Source: an uncultured Hyphomicrobiales bacterium (GTDB taxonomy: Bacteria > Bacteroidota > Ignavibacteria > Kapaibacteriales > UBA2268). Taken from it: DNA of 64,000 nucleotides. The stretch spans positions 44,882 through 108,881 of the forward strand of contig CAZDXB010000007.1 in assembly GCA_964509335.1 (NCBI GenBank). The letters are read 5' to 3'. Made by a program: the position numbers and the translations under genes. Positions 1 through 9,500 of the stretch are shown piece by piece; the stretch's first letter is position 1, and each line of letters starts with the position of its first letter. The notes below the pieces were generated by a model. It had not been told where the DNA came from, did not search any database, and worked only from the letters and a program-made list of their open reading frames with translations.

Positions 1-1342
1 ACAATTTCCTCGGAAGGTCTGACTGAGTTTCCGCTCCGCCTTCTTCGTCGTCTTTTTTTTCCTCTTTCTTTTTGTCCTTCTCTTTCTTGACTCTTTCAGG
101 ACCGGACGAAGGCGTCATTCCCGCGGCGAGAACGACCAAATCCGCTTCCACGGAAATTTGCTCGCCCATAAACGTATCGTCGGCTTCTATCGTGATTTTG
201 CCGTCTTCGCCTTCGCTTACTTCTTTTATTTCGCCTTTGGTTAAAAATATATTGTCTTCGTATTGAACTCTCTTGTAGAATTTTTCGTAATTCCCCGGCG
301 TTCTGACGTCTTTATAAATAACGTATATCGCCGCGTTCGGATATTTCTCCCTGATATACATCGCTTGCTTAAAAGTGGCGGTGCAGCATACGTTCGAGCA
401 ATACGGCAGATGTTCCGGGTCTCTGGAGCCGGCGCATTGTATAAAAGCTACGCTCTTAATATCGCCGCCGTCCGAAGGCTTCTTGAGACCGCCGTTACTC
501 GCCATCTCTTCCACTTCGATATTGGTAACTACGTTCTTGATTTTGCCGTAGCCCAAATGACCCAATCGTTCCGCCGGATAAGGCTTCCAACCGGTAGCTT
601 GAACTATCGAGCCGACCTGAAAGCTCAAATCCTCGTCGCCTATTTTAGCGTTTACGTCAAACTGCCCCGGTTGCCCGGAGATTTTCTTAATAAAGCAATT
701 CGTCAATACTTTAATATTCGGATTAGCTTCGACCTCCGCGATTAGCGAATCGCAGGTGTTCGGCTCTAAAGAGAAATACGGAGCCTTCGTCGGAGCCAAC
801 TTATATAGCTTTTTAAAGAAACCGCCAATGTTTTCGTCTTTTTCGGCTAAAACGACGTTGTAGCCGGTCTTCGCTGCCGATAAAGCGGAGTTCATGCCCG
901 TTACGCCGCCGCCGACAACGAGAATAGTGTCGTTAATATCCAATACCATCGGTTTGGGAACGTTCGCCAGTCTCGCTTTTGCGACTCCCATTCTCATATA
1001 GTCGAGAGCCAAATCCTGAGTGTGCTGGTCGTTAGGTTCGTGAGACCAAGCGACGCCTTCTCTAAGGTTAACTCTTTCAACGAAAGTGTCGCCGTTAAAA
1101 TCAAAAATATCTTTGTGATACCTCGGCGAGCTCGCGCCAATAACAACGGCGTCCAGCGACTCCGCCTCGATATCTTTACGTATTTCGTCCGCCGCCCCGT
1201 CCGTGCAAAGCTTCTTATGAGTTTTGCATACGGCGACGTCTTTTTCCTCTTTCAATGTTTCGACGATTTTGTCGCAATCGAACGTATCGCCGATTCCTTC
1301 TCCAGTATATATATAAACGCCGATTTTCTTTTCTTCAGCCAT
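1..1342 (-). CDS. HdrA-like FAD/Fe-S flavoprotein, QmoB-like; start and N-terminal region only, the gene runs off the window edge
   Basis: This reverse-strand ORF is absent from the supplied track because it has no stop inside the window. ATG at 1342-1340 is preceded by an AAAGAGGAG RBS. Translation MAEEKKIGVYIYTGEGIGDTFDCD... shows a ~140-aa Cys-containing N-terminal domain, then a Rossmann motif (ILVVGGGVTGMNSALSAAKTGYNVVLAEKDENIGG), then CAGSRD and CC motifs as in the heterodisulfide reductase subunit A family. A low-complexity KEKDKKKEEKKDDEE linker sits near the window edge. Confidence 0.55.
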   Translation of the reverse strand, partial: MAEEKKIGVYIYTGEGIGDTFDCDKIVETLKEEKDVAVCKTHKKLCTDGAADEIRKDIEAESLDAVVIGASSPRYHKDIFDFNGDTFVERVNLREGVAWSHEPNDQHTQDLALDYMRMGVAKARLANVPKPMVLDINDTILVVGGGVTGMNSALSAAKTGYNVVLAEKDENIGGFFKKLYKLAPTKAPYFSLEPNTCDSLIAEVEANPNIKVLTNCFIKKISGQPGQFDVNAKIGDEDLSFQVGSIVQATGWKPYPAERLGHLGYGKIKNVVTNIEVEEMASNGGLKKPSDGGDIKSVAFIQCAGSRDPEHLPYCSNVCCTATFKQAMYIREKYPNAAIYVIYKDVRTPGNYEKFYKRVQYEDNIFLTKGEIKEVSEGEDGKITIEADDTFMGEQISVEADLVVLAAGMTPSSGPERVKKEKDKKKEEKKDDEEGGAETQSDLPRKL

Positions 1343-1343
1343 A

Positions 1344-2627
1344 TCACGAACTCCTCTTTATTATTTGAATTGCTTTTAAGGCGGCGCCGGTAGCTTCCTG
1401 AACGCAGCTAGCGACGTCTTTAGGTCCCGTTGCCGTCCCGCAACCGATTATCGAATCGCTAAGGTCGGTTCTGATGAATCCGTTCTCGTCCATTGTCGAT
1501 TTATCCAACAACGCTCCGTTCAAAGCGAGCGTCGGTTGCATTCCGGTAGCCAAAACAGCCATATCCACTGCTTTTTGTTTTAGCTCGCCTGCCATCGTAT
1601 CTTCCGCTTCCACTATCAAATCTTGACTTTCGTAATCCTTGAACACTTTGGCGACCTTGCCTCGGTGCCAGAAAATCTTTTCGTCCTCTTTCGTGTCGGA
1701 ATAAAAGTCTTCCAAAGCCCCCGGAGCGCGCAAGTCTATATAGAAGATATGTATCTCGGCGTCCGGATACTGCTCTCTCAAGTATCTCGCCTGTTTCATC
1801 GAGGCTAAACAGCATACCGTAGAACAGTATTCGAGATGATTTTCGTCTCTAGAGCCGGCGCATTGAACGAACGCTACTTTCTTTAATTCCTTGTCCATTC
1901 CGGGAATAACGATTTTCCCTTCCGTCGGTCCGTTAGGAGCCGCTAAGCGCTCCATCTCGACATTCGTAATTACGTTAGGCTCTTTGCCGTAGCTGAGGTA
2001 ATCTAAATTCTTTGCGTCGTATGGATTCCAGCCCGTGGCAAAAACAATCGCCTTAGTATTTATCTCTACAGTTTCTTCGCTTTGATTTGTATCAATGCAA
2101 TCGCCGCAACTGGACGAAACCTCTTTAATTTGCTCTTCGGTCAATTCGTCCTTGTCGAATGTGTATCTCATAGGAAAAGCGTTGTTATACGGCAGGTTCA
2201 CCGCTTTTTTCTTCGACAGCCCGTAATCGAAATCGTTGTCAATTTCGACGGGACAGTTTTTCGAGCATTCCTCTATAGCTTCTTGGTCCGAAGCGTCCTT
2301 CAAGTAGCGCGGTTTAATCTTAACTTTTGTTTTGTAATCGCCCGACTCGCCTTCAATAGCGACCGGTTCGGCTTGCGTGAAGTAATTAATATTAGAACTT
2401 TCCGTAAGCCTTTTTACGTTAATCTCTAAACCGCAAGTGGGCGGACATAATTTCGGGAAATAATGATTGAACTGCACGACTCTGCCGCCTAAATACGGTT
2501 TCTTTTCCAGCAAGATAACCGAATATCCTGTTTCGGCGGTTTCCAAAGCCGCGGTCATTCCGGCGATTCCGCCGCCCACGACTAATAAATCCGCTGTTAG
2601 CTTATTGTTATCCATTGAACCATCCAT
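1344..2627 (-). CDS. HdrA-like FAD-dependent oxidoreductase, QmoA-like (427 aa, no ferredoxin insert)
   Basis: ORF track 427 aa. N-terminal VVGGGIAGMTAALETAETGYSVILLEKKPYLGGR dinucleotide-binding motif, then CAGSRDENHLEYCSTVCC, which is typical of HdrA/QmoA. The size and the missing Fe-S ferredoxin domain match QmoA. It lies immediately upstream of the second HdrA-like gene (1342..1), a qmoA-qmoB-like order. Confidence 0.6.
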   Translation of the reverse strand: MDGSMDNNKLTADLLVVGGGIAGMTAALETAETGYSVILLEKKPYLGGRVVQFNHYFPKLCPPTCGLEINVKRLTESSNINYFTQAEPVAIEGESGDYKTKVKIKPRYLKDASDQEAIEECSKNCPVEIDNDFDYGLSKKKAVNLPYNNAFPMRYTFDKDELTEEQIKEVSSSCGDCIDTNQSEETVEINTKAIVFATGWNPYDAKNLDYLSYGKEPNVITNVEMERLAAPNGPTEGKIVIPGMDKELKKVAFVQCAGSRDENHLEYCSTVCCLASMKQARYLREQYPDAEIHIFYIDLRAPGALEDFYSDTKEDEKIFWHRGKVAKVFKDYESQDLIVEAEDTMAGELKQKAVDMAVLATGMQPTLALNGALLDKSTMDENGFIRTDLSDSIIGCGTATGPKDVASCVQEATGAALKAIQIIKRSS

Positions 2628-2895
2628 TATTCATACATAATTTATTTAGCGTAGAATTGTGTTTCATCTTTTTACATAAGTATGCCAAATAACAAACAAA
2701 TTGAATTATACAAATCTGAAATTATAATAGTTTAGCTCGTATTACAAATTTTAAAACTTTATTGTAATCTCGGTGTTGTCAACTCTAAGCGATTAATATA
2801 TTTGCAGATATATTAAATCGTTTAATTTTTTTTGTTCTATCTCGCCTAATAATCTTATCTTTGAACTTTATTTTCAATAATAAATAGGAACAGTT

Positions 2896-3855
2896 ATGAA
2901 AACTAAAATAATTACGTTAACGATTGTATTTGCTATAATCATAGCTGGAAAATTGGAAGCTCAAGAATCGGACTCCGTGAAAACATCTCCTTTATTCGAC
3001 GCGGGCGGCAAAGCTTCCTTGGTTTTCAATCAAATAGCGTTCGTTAACTGGGCGAAGGGCGGCGAAAACGCTTTTTCTACAACTAGCTTAGTCAATCTCT
3101 ACGCCAATATGAAGAAAAATAAATTATCTTGGGAGAATAACGCCGACTTAAAGTTCGGCTTACAAAACTCAGAGCAATACGGATTGAGATTCAACGAAGA
3201 TTTAATCGACCTTTCCAGCAAATTCGGCTATAAAGCTCTCGAACAATTTTATTATACGTTTCTGATGAACTTCAAAAGCCAATTCGCCGCCGGATATAAT
3301 TATCCCGACGACTCTACGGAGGTATCAAGATTTATGGCTCCCGGCTACCTAATAGTCTCTTTAGGTATGGACTACCAACCGACGGATTACCTATCTTTAT
3401 ATATATCGCCGATGACGGGCAAGTTCATTTTCGTGCAGGACGAGGAAATAGCCAATCGCGGTTCATATACCAACGAACCCGCTAAAAGAGACGCCGACGG
3501 AGCCATAATACAAAAAGGCGCTCAATCGCTAGCCGATTTCGGAGCGTATTTAAAAGCGAATTTCAAATACGAAATCTTTGAAAACATAGAAATAGCCTCT
3601 AAACTAGAGCTTTTTAACAACTACACCGACAAAAACATCAGCAACCGGGCGAACATCGACGTTGATTTGGAGACAAACATAAATATGAAAGTAAACGAAT
3701 TTATTTCGGCGGGCGCTTTCTTTCGATTATTATACGACCACGACATTAAATCTCCAATTTACAAAATGATAGAAGGCGATAAAACTAAAGTCGGCGAAGG
3801 TCCTCGTCTGCAAGTTAAAGAGTCGATAGGAATCAGCATTTCATATACGTTGTAA
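2896..3855 (+). CDS. DUF3078-like outer-membrane beta-barrel protein with signal peptide
   Basis: N-terminal signal peptide (MKTKIITLTIVFAIIIAGKLEA). The motif FVNWAKGGENAFS resembles the NW..GG signature of DUF3078. Composition is rich in alternating aromatic residues and the protein ends in aromatic ...ISYTL. Confidence 0.45.
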   Translation: MKTKIITLTIVFAIIIAGKLEAQESDSVKTSPLFDAGGKASLVFNQIAFVNWAKGGENAFSTTSLVNLYANMKKNKLSWENNADLKFGLQNSEQYGLRFNEDLIDLSSKFGYKALEQFYYTFLMNFKSQFAAGYNYPDDSTEVSRFMAPGYLIVSLGMDYQPTDYLSLYISPMTGKFIFVQDEEIANRGSYTNEPAKRDADGAIIQKGAQSLADFGAYLKANFKYEIFENIEIASKLELFNNYTDKNISNRANIDVDLETNINMKVNEFISAGAFFRLLYDHDIKSPIYKMIEGDKTKVGEGPRLQVKESIGISISYTL

Positions 3856-3873
3856 TAGCTGATTTTTCAACTC

Positions 3874-3920
3874 GTTCCGTCCGCTCCCGCGGCGGAACGC
3901 ATACTAAGAAGCTCTGCGTC
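3874..3920 (+). repeat. REP-like palindromic element family 1 (GTTCCGNCCGCTCCNGCGGCGGAAC + GACGCTCCGCGTC), copy a
   Basis: Imperfect inverted repeat GTTCCGTCCGCTCCCGCGGCGGAAC followed by a second small palindrome. Five further copies are in this window. This copy sits 19 bp after the stop of the DUF3078 gene. Confidence 0.8.
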
Positions 3921-3945
3921 TTCTAAAAACGCTTATTCTATAATC

Positions 3946-3975
3946 CTCCTTCCCAAATTGCAATTTGGGAAGGAG
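3946..3975. repeat. Hairpin repeat family 2 (CTCCTTCCCAAATTGCAATTTGGGAAGGAG)
   Basis: Perfect 30-bp palindrome. Related copies with core CC(G/C)AAATTGNAATTT(C/G)GG occur at 17428, 21159, 34116 and 43846, and in the 6342-6466 array. Confidence 0.7.
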
Positions 3976-4031
3976 CGCAAGCCTGAACGGCAACGTCGAA
4001 CGGTCTGTTCGCCCCGTTTTACAATTGATTC

Positions 4032-4059
4032 GTAGGAGCTGAAAATCTTCAGCCCCTAC
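4032..4059. repeat. GTAG-type REP palindrome family 4 (GTAGGNGCTGAAAATCTTCAGCCCCTAC)
   Basis: Perfect stem GTAGGGGCTGAA/TTCAGCCCCTAC with a 4-nt loop. It begins with GTAG, as do REPs recognised by REP-associated tyrosine transposases. A second, 1.5-unit copy is at 53560-53603. Confidence 0.7.
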
Positions 4060-4074
4060 ATTTTTAACTCTTCA

Positions 4075-4105
4075 CTCATCCGATGACTCCGAGTCATCGG
4101 ATGAG
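4075..4105. repeat. Palindrome family 3 (CTCATCCGATGACTCnGAGTCATCGGATGAG)
   Basis: 31-bp perfect palindrome between the convergent DUF3078 and yoeB genes. An identical copy is at 56504-56534, downstream of the 1873-aa gene. Confidence 0.7.
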
Positions 4106-4121
4106 TGATGTCTATAAGCTG

Positions 4122-4168
4122 ATTCCGTCCGCTCCCGCGGCGGAACGCATACTAAGACGCTGCGCGTC
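4122..4168 (+). repeat. REP-like element family 1, copy b
   Basis: TTCCGTCCGCTCCCGCGGCGGAACGCATACTAAGACGCTGCGCGTC. It lies 200 bp from copy a and is near-identical to it. Confidence 0.8.
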
Positions 4169-4180
4169 TTCAAAAAACGC

Positions 4181-4441
4181 TTATCCGTAATGCGTCCACA
4201 TTTTAAGTATCTTAATTATCCTATCTTTTTCGTAAACTTGATAAACCAATCTATGTTGTTTATTTATCCTTCTTGATACGAATCCTTTTAATCTTCCTTT
4301 TAAGATTTCGTATTTAGGAGGATACGAGAACGGATCTTCCTTAATTATATCAAGCAATTTCTGAACTTTGCTTTTTAAATTTGATGCGGCAATTTTCTTT
4401 GAATCTTCTCGCGCTTGTTTAGTGAAATATATCTCCCACAT
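4181..4441 (-). CDS. yoeB: YoeB/Txe-family type II toxin (RelE/ParE superfamily)
   Basis: 86 aa. ...GFVSRRINKQHRLVYQVYEKDRIIKILKMWTHY matches the YoeB C-terminal catalytic region (RRI...HRLVY...RYHY-like). It is directly abutted by an upstream small antitoxin ORF. Confidence 0.75.
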   Translation of the reverse strand: MWEIYFTKQAREDSKKIAASNLKSKVQKLLDIIKEDPFSYPPKYEILKGRLKGFVSRRINKQHRLVYQVYEKDRIIKILKMWTHYG

Positions 4442-4654
4442 TTACCATTCTAAGCTTTTTGAGCAGTCGTCTAATTTTTCTTTTGAAGCTTCTATAATTG
4501 AATCGGCGACGCCGGGAATACTTTCCAGATATTCAGTGTCGCTTTCTTTTTTATGCTTTTCTTTCAAAAAAATGGCGTAGTCAAGCAAATCTTGAAGATA
4601 ATAGTATGGTATTTCGTCGATTATCTTTATCAAATTTGATTGTAAACGGTTCAT
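4442..4654 (-). CDS. Putative antitoxin partner of YoeB (small acidic protein, not obviously YefM-like)
   Basis: 70-aa ORF whose stop abuts the yoeB start (4442/4441). Acidic C-terminus. The organisation is typical of a type II TA operon. Confidence 0.5.
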   Translation of the reverse strand: MNRLQSNLIKIIDEIPYYYLQDLLDYAIFLKEKHKKESDTEYLESIPGVADSIIEASKEKLDDCSKSLEW

Positions 4655-4808
4655 ATTTTTGCTAAATTAATAATTTGAACTAACTTAATTAAGTAATATA
4701 ACGTAAAAGAGCGTTTCATATTTCATTCACCTCTTCCAATTGGGAAAAAAATCGTATATTATAAACGTTGTTTTGCAAATAAAAGACGCTCCGCGTCAAT
4801 TCTTATTC

Positions 4809-5834
4809 CTATTCGTTCTGTTTTCTGTTCCGCCTGTATTTAGAGACGTATCTTTGATGCTGTTTGTTTGTCGAGGAAAAATAATGCTCGCCGCTGCCGT
4901 CGCCTTTAGCCACGAAAAACAAATATTTATGTTCGGCTGGTTTCAAAGCCGCTTCAATCGAGGCTTCCGAAGGGCAGTTAATAGGTCCCGGCGGCAATCC
5001 GGGGTATTTATAAGTGTTGTATTGGTTGTTTGTTTTCAAATCGCTGTAAGTCAAGCGTTTCTTGCCTTTTAAAGCGTATTGAACTGTTGGGTCGGCTTGC
5101 AGAAGCATCCCGCGCTCCAAGCGATTATGATATACTCCGCTAACAATCGGACGCTCCTTATCGACGGAAGTTTCCGCCTCTATTATCGAGGCTAAGGTCA
5201 AAACTTCTAGCCGCGTCATACCTCTTCTTTCCGCTAAATCCTCGAATTTTTCGTTCCATAATTTCTCTTGCGTTCTAATCAATTTATTTAAAACGTCATC
5301 GGCTGAAGCGTCGGCGTAAAATTCGTAAGAGCTCGGGAATAAAAATCCTTCCAACGAACTGGCTTTTATTTCCCATTGTTTTCGAGTCTTTCGCGAATTA
5401 GCTAGCTCTAAAAATTCCTCTTTAGTGAAATTAAAATTCGCCGCGCTTATCTCCGCGATTCTCTCGACCGTAACGCCTTCGGGATAAGTTACCGAAACGA
5501 TATTTTGATGAGTTCCGTCAAAAATAGCTTTTAATATTTCCTCGTTTGTCGAACCGCTTTTGAATCGATACAATCCCGCCTTTACTCCTCGCGAATTGAA
5601 ACGAGCGTAAAACTTCGCCAAGAAATCGTAGAACCAGCTCGGCTTTAAAAGACCGCTTTCGTTCATAATTGAAATCGACTCCGAGACGCTCGCGTTTTGC
5701 GGTATCTCGACAACCAACTCGCCGTTTATCGACGCCGCTTCGGAAAGCTCGCTTTTACTCCAACGATAACCCGCGTATGCCGCGATTAACACGACAATCG
5801 CAAATACCAGCGCGAAAATGAAAAATTTCTTCAT
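4809..5834 (-). CDS. mltG: Endolytic murein transglycosylase MltG (YceG family)
   Basis: Single N-terminal TM segment. Hallmark YNTYKYPGLPPGPI motif and EAETSVDKERPIVSGVYHNRL, as in MltG/YceG. Confidence 0.85.
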   Translation of the reverse strand: MKKFFIFALVFAIVVLIAAYAGYRWSKSELSEAASINGELVVEIPQNASVSESISIMNESGLLKPSWFYDFLAKFYARFNSRGVKAGLYRFKSGSTNEEILKAIFDGTHQNIVSVTYPEGVTVERIAEISAANFNFTKEEFLELANSRKTRKQWEIKASSLEGFLFPSSYEFYADASADDVLNKLIRTQEKLWNEKFEDLAERRGMTRLEVLTLASIIEAETSVDKERPIVSGVYHNRLERGMLLQADPTVQYALKGKKRLTYSDLKTNNQYNTYKYPGLPPGPINCPSEASIEAALKPAEHKYLFFVAKGDGSGEHYFSSTNKQHQRYVSKYRRNRKQNE

Positions 5835-5931
5835 TTTAAAATAATCACTCTACTATTTAGTTATATTACTTTAATGAAAATACGATTATAGCGTAATAAA
5901 ATTTAATTATAAAATTTGACAGGAAAAAATT

Positions 5932-6336
5932 ATGAGTATGAAAATTTCGTTTTCGGGAAATTTAAAAATCGACGCGGAAATAAACGGCAAAGTCATTAAA
6001 ACCGACCAGCCGGCGAAAGAGGGCGGCGACGAGTCGGCTCCGGCTCCTTTCGAATATTTTTTAGCTTCTTTGGGAACCTGCGCCGGCGTTTACGTCGCGA
6101 AGTTCTGCCAAACTAGAAACATATCGTATGAAAATATCGAAATCGAACAGAAAATAGATTACGACAGAAAAAACAAACGCATCGGCAAAGTCATAATAGA
6201 CATTAAGTTGCCGGAAGACTTTCCGGAAAAATACAAAAGAGCGGTCGTAAAAGCCTCAAATATGTGCGCGGTTAAGAAATATCTGGAAAATCCGTTCGAA
6301 ATAGAAACGAAGACAACGGCGGTAGAGAGAGTATAA
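5932..6336 (+). CDS. OsmC/Ohr-family peroxiredoxin-like protein
   Basis: 134 aa. APFEYFLASLGTCAGVYVAKFC carries the first conserved Cys, and ASNMCAVKKYL the second Cys, of the OsmC fold. Confidence 0.8.
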   Translation: MSMKISFSGNLKIDAEINGKVIKTDQPAKEGGDESAPAPFEYFLASLGTCAGVYVAKFCQTRNISYENIEIEQKIDYDRKNKRIGKVIIDIKLPEDFPEKYKRAVVKASNMCAVKKYLENPFEIETKTTAVERV

Positions 6337-6341
6337 GCCTT

Positions 6342-6466
6342 ATAGACCTAATTCCCAAATAGACCTAATTCCCAAATTAGAATTTGGGAATTAGAACTGA
6401 AGTGAAATCGGAATTTGGGAATTAGAACTGAAGTGAAATCGGAATTTGGGAATTAGAACTGAAATT
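6342..6466. repeat. Tandem array: 2 x 17-bp direct repeat (AGACCTAATTCCCAAAT) then ~2.8 x 31-bp unit (GAATTTGGGAATTAGAACTGAAGTGAAATCG) containing family-2 palindrome TTCCCAAATTAGAATTTGGGAA
   Basis: Read directly. Units begin at 6380, 6411 and 6442. The array sits between the convergent osmC-like and sensor kinase genes. Confidence 0.8.
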
Positions 6467-6552
6467 TGCATTAGATATCGCGGCAACGCCGATACAGTCG
6501 AGTTCTGAGACAGCCCCAGAGCGCGAGAAAGACGCCCCGTGGTCTTAAGCTC

Positions 6553-9500
6553 TCAAGAAATTCTTTCTGGAATTTTTATCGTGAAAATAATTTTTTCCCC
6601 TTCCGACTGGACGTTTGTCTCTCCCCCCAATATATCAGCGCAATCCTTAGCTATCGCCAAGCTAAAATTGTCCGCGTCGCTGTCTTCGCTCAAGTGTCCT
6701 TCGTAAAAAGGCTCGAATAAGTTCTCAACCCTTTCTTTATCGATTGAGGTCGCTCCGACGTAAATCTCGCAAAGAAGCCATCCGCCAGTTCTTTCTAAAC
6801 ACAGTTTCACTTGCGATTTGTCCAAAGCTAATTCCAAAGCCGTCTTTAAAATTTTGCCGACGACAATTTTCAGCAAATAAGGGTCTGTTTCTACTTTGTC
6901 GTCGTCGATATTGCATTCAACGGAAACGGAGACTTCCTTGTCTTCGGGCTTTGGCGCGCCTTTAACCAAATCGTCGCAGAATTGTTTTAAAACGATTTGT
7001 TCTTTTTTCACTTCGATATCGCTGGACTCAATTTTGCCGAGCAACAGAATATCCTCCAAAAACCGAATCATTCGGTCGATAGCGCTTTGTATCTTGCTTA
7101 AATTCTTTTCAAACTTGTCCTTGTCGCCTTTTTCGTAATGTATTCTTAATAAGTCGATTGAAGTCTGCACTATAGTCAGCGGAGTTCTGTATTGATGAGA
7201 AATATTCGAAATAATAGAAGATTTCATTACGCTGAGTTTGTGTTCTTCCTCGAGCGATTCTTTCAATTTCTTTTCTACGGCTTTACGTTCGTCTATATCC
7301 GTAACAATAATTAGCGCTCCGTATCCAATATCGTATTCTACCTTATTTAGTCGAGCGTCCGCCCAAAATTCGGAGCGGTCGTCTCTTCGTAATTTTATTT
7401 CCATCCTATCAGGCGCTTCCAAGCCTTTTTTCAATCTCTCGATAATTTCCTCGGCTTTGCTTTTGAACTCTTCCGCTACAAAATCGACTATTCTTCTGCC
7501 TATGAGCTTCTTCGGATTTATTCCCAACATTTCCGCCGCTTTAGGGTTCGTATAATTAAAAAGACCGTGTCTAGTGGTAACTATGCCGTCGTTTGCGTTC
7601 TCAATTATGTATCTATATCTCTTTTCGCTCTCTTCAAGGTTCAATCGCGATTGTTTTATCTCATTTAAATATCTCGCTCTTTTTAAGTAGAAAAAGACAA
7701 GAGCCAGATATAAAACTCCGGCTAAAGCTATTAGAGGAATAACAAACCAAGGGTTTTTATACATTGGCGTTTCAAGTTCAAACTTTTGTATAAAAATCTC
7801 TTTGCCTTTGGCGTCGAAAATCCGTTTAAATCTCAATTCGAACGTGTGTTCGCCCGAGCTTAAGTCGTTAAACTCCGCTTTTCTGGATTTTGTCCAACTT
7901 GACCACTCGCCGCCGTCGATTCTATATTGGGAGCAAATTTTCTTTAAATCTAACAAACAAAAACTATTAATTTTCCATTGAACTATTGTTTTGGAGCCTT
8001 CTTTTTTAGTAGAGCTTTCTAGGGCCACGCTGATTTTATCTTTACATACGCGTTCGGCTTGCAATATATTTATCCCGCCGCTGGAGCCGAAATATATTTT
8101 ATTTGAATCTATGAGAAGGGGCCAAATCTTGTCAGACGTCAAACCCGAAGAGATATCTATATTAAAAAAACAGTTGCCGTTATAGTATATCACGCCGCCG
8201 TTTGTGGCAATCCATAAACAGCCGTTATTGTCGATTTCGATTTCCGTTATCGTAAGCCCTTTCATACTTTCGCGTTGTATGATATGAACGGAATCGTCTT
8301 TAATAAAACCGATAGCGCCTTGATGAGTTAGAGAGAAGAACATTTTGTCCTTCGTTTTATCGTAAGCTAAGGAAGAAACTTTGTTTATAGGAAAATCGCC
8401 GTTCGAGTTCCAACGTTTAATTCCGCCGTTTTTATATCTTACGACTCCTTTTGCGGTCGCGAACCAATACGCTCCGGAAGAATCTTCGAGGAAATCGTAA
8501 ATTCTTTCTTCGCTAAACTTCCCGTCGGCGTCGAACTTTCGAATCTCACCGTTTTCCAGCGCGTAAGCGCAGTAACCTTTTGAAGGGTCTTTCGACGATA
8601 AAGTTAAAAACCACAATCTATTTTCTGAATCTTTTCGTATTTTATGCACTCGCAAATCTCTATTGCCGGGGTCGAGAATGACTTTCTTCCAGCGCTCGCC
8701 GTCCCATTTATAGCTTTGCTCCAGCAATGTCCCGCTTCCAACCCAAATATTTCCGTTTTCGTCTTCGTTTATTGCCGTAACTATAGAAAGGGGAACGCCT
8801 AAAATTTTAGTAATAAAACGTTTGCTACCATCGGAGCTTATTACGGTCAGTCCTTTATTGCTCGCTATCCAAGTTGTGCCGTCGCTAGCTTTATAGATTT
8901 CATTTATATTGTTTCTTCTAGAATTTTTGAAAGTTATATAGCTCCACAGCGTTGATTCCAATCGGCACAAGTATATTTTATTTGAGCTAATAACCCATAA
9001 ATCCCCGTTAAAATCGTAATGTATTTCTTTGGCGTATTTTAAATTAAAGGAGGGGTATTTAATGTTTTCCCATTTTGCGCCTTTCCATATCTTTACTTTG
9101 CCGTTTCCAAAAACGATTAGAGCTTCGCCTTCTTGGTTAATATCGGCAGTTTTTATTCTCGGCTCAATCTCCCATTCGTTAAGTTTAGGCTCTCCGTGGT
9201 TGGCGAATTCCCAAACTCCCATAAAATTTTGAGGAAAATAGCATTGAAAAAAGCCGTACCCAAGATTATTCTCCACTATTTTTTGTATTCCGAATTTGTT
9301 GGCGAACGGCGTTTGCATCTTTTGCGTCCATTTACCGTTCCTAAACGAATACAAACCCTGAGGAGCGTTGAGCCACAAACACTTAGATTTAGTATAAAAT
9401 AAAACGTTGTTTGCTTCTATTTCTCGATTTATTTTAACGGCTTTAGGCATAGGAAAACGCTTGAGGTTTTCGCCGTCGTATAAATAAAGTTTGTAGTTTT

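Noticed and set aside
72-1393. Forward-strand ORFs 72-266, 263-745 and 1022-1393
   Set aside because: They lie entirely within or antisense to the well-supported reverse-strand HdrA-like gene (1342..1). They have low-complexity or odd composition and no motifs, so they are spurious.
3874-3920. GGAAC-N16-CGCGTC inside REP family 1, resembling an ECF-sigma promoter (GGAAC-N16-CGTC type)
   Set aside because: The two halves are arms of separate hairpins within a repeated element. The copies are predominantly downstream of genes, not upstream. The resemblance is most likely a coincidence of palindrome composition.
6342-6466. Possible CRISPR array
   Set aside because: The repeat units are directly adjacent, with no unique spacers. 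The units are 17 and 31 bp direct repeats containing a family-2 palindrome, and there are no cas genes nearby.
6744-9402. Several 60-105-aa forward ORFs inside the sensor kinase gene, and similar antisense ORFs inside the 44021-47041, 48509-52543, 53634-55037 and 56563-62184 genes
   Set aside because: They are antisense to long, motif-rich genes. They have no RBS or motifs and are typical shadow ORFs.
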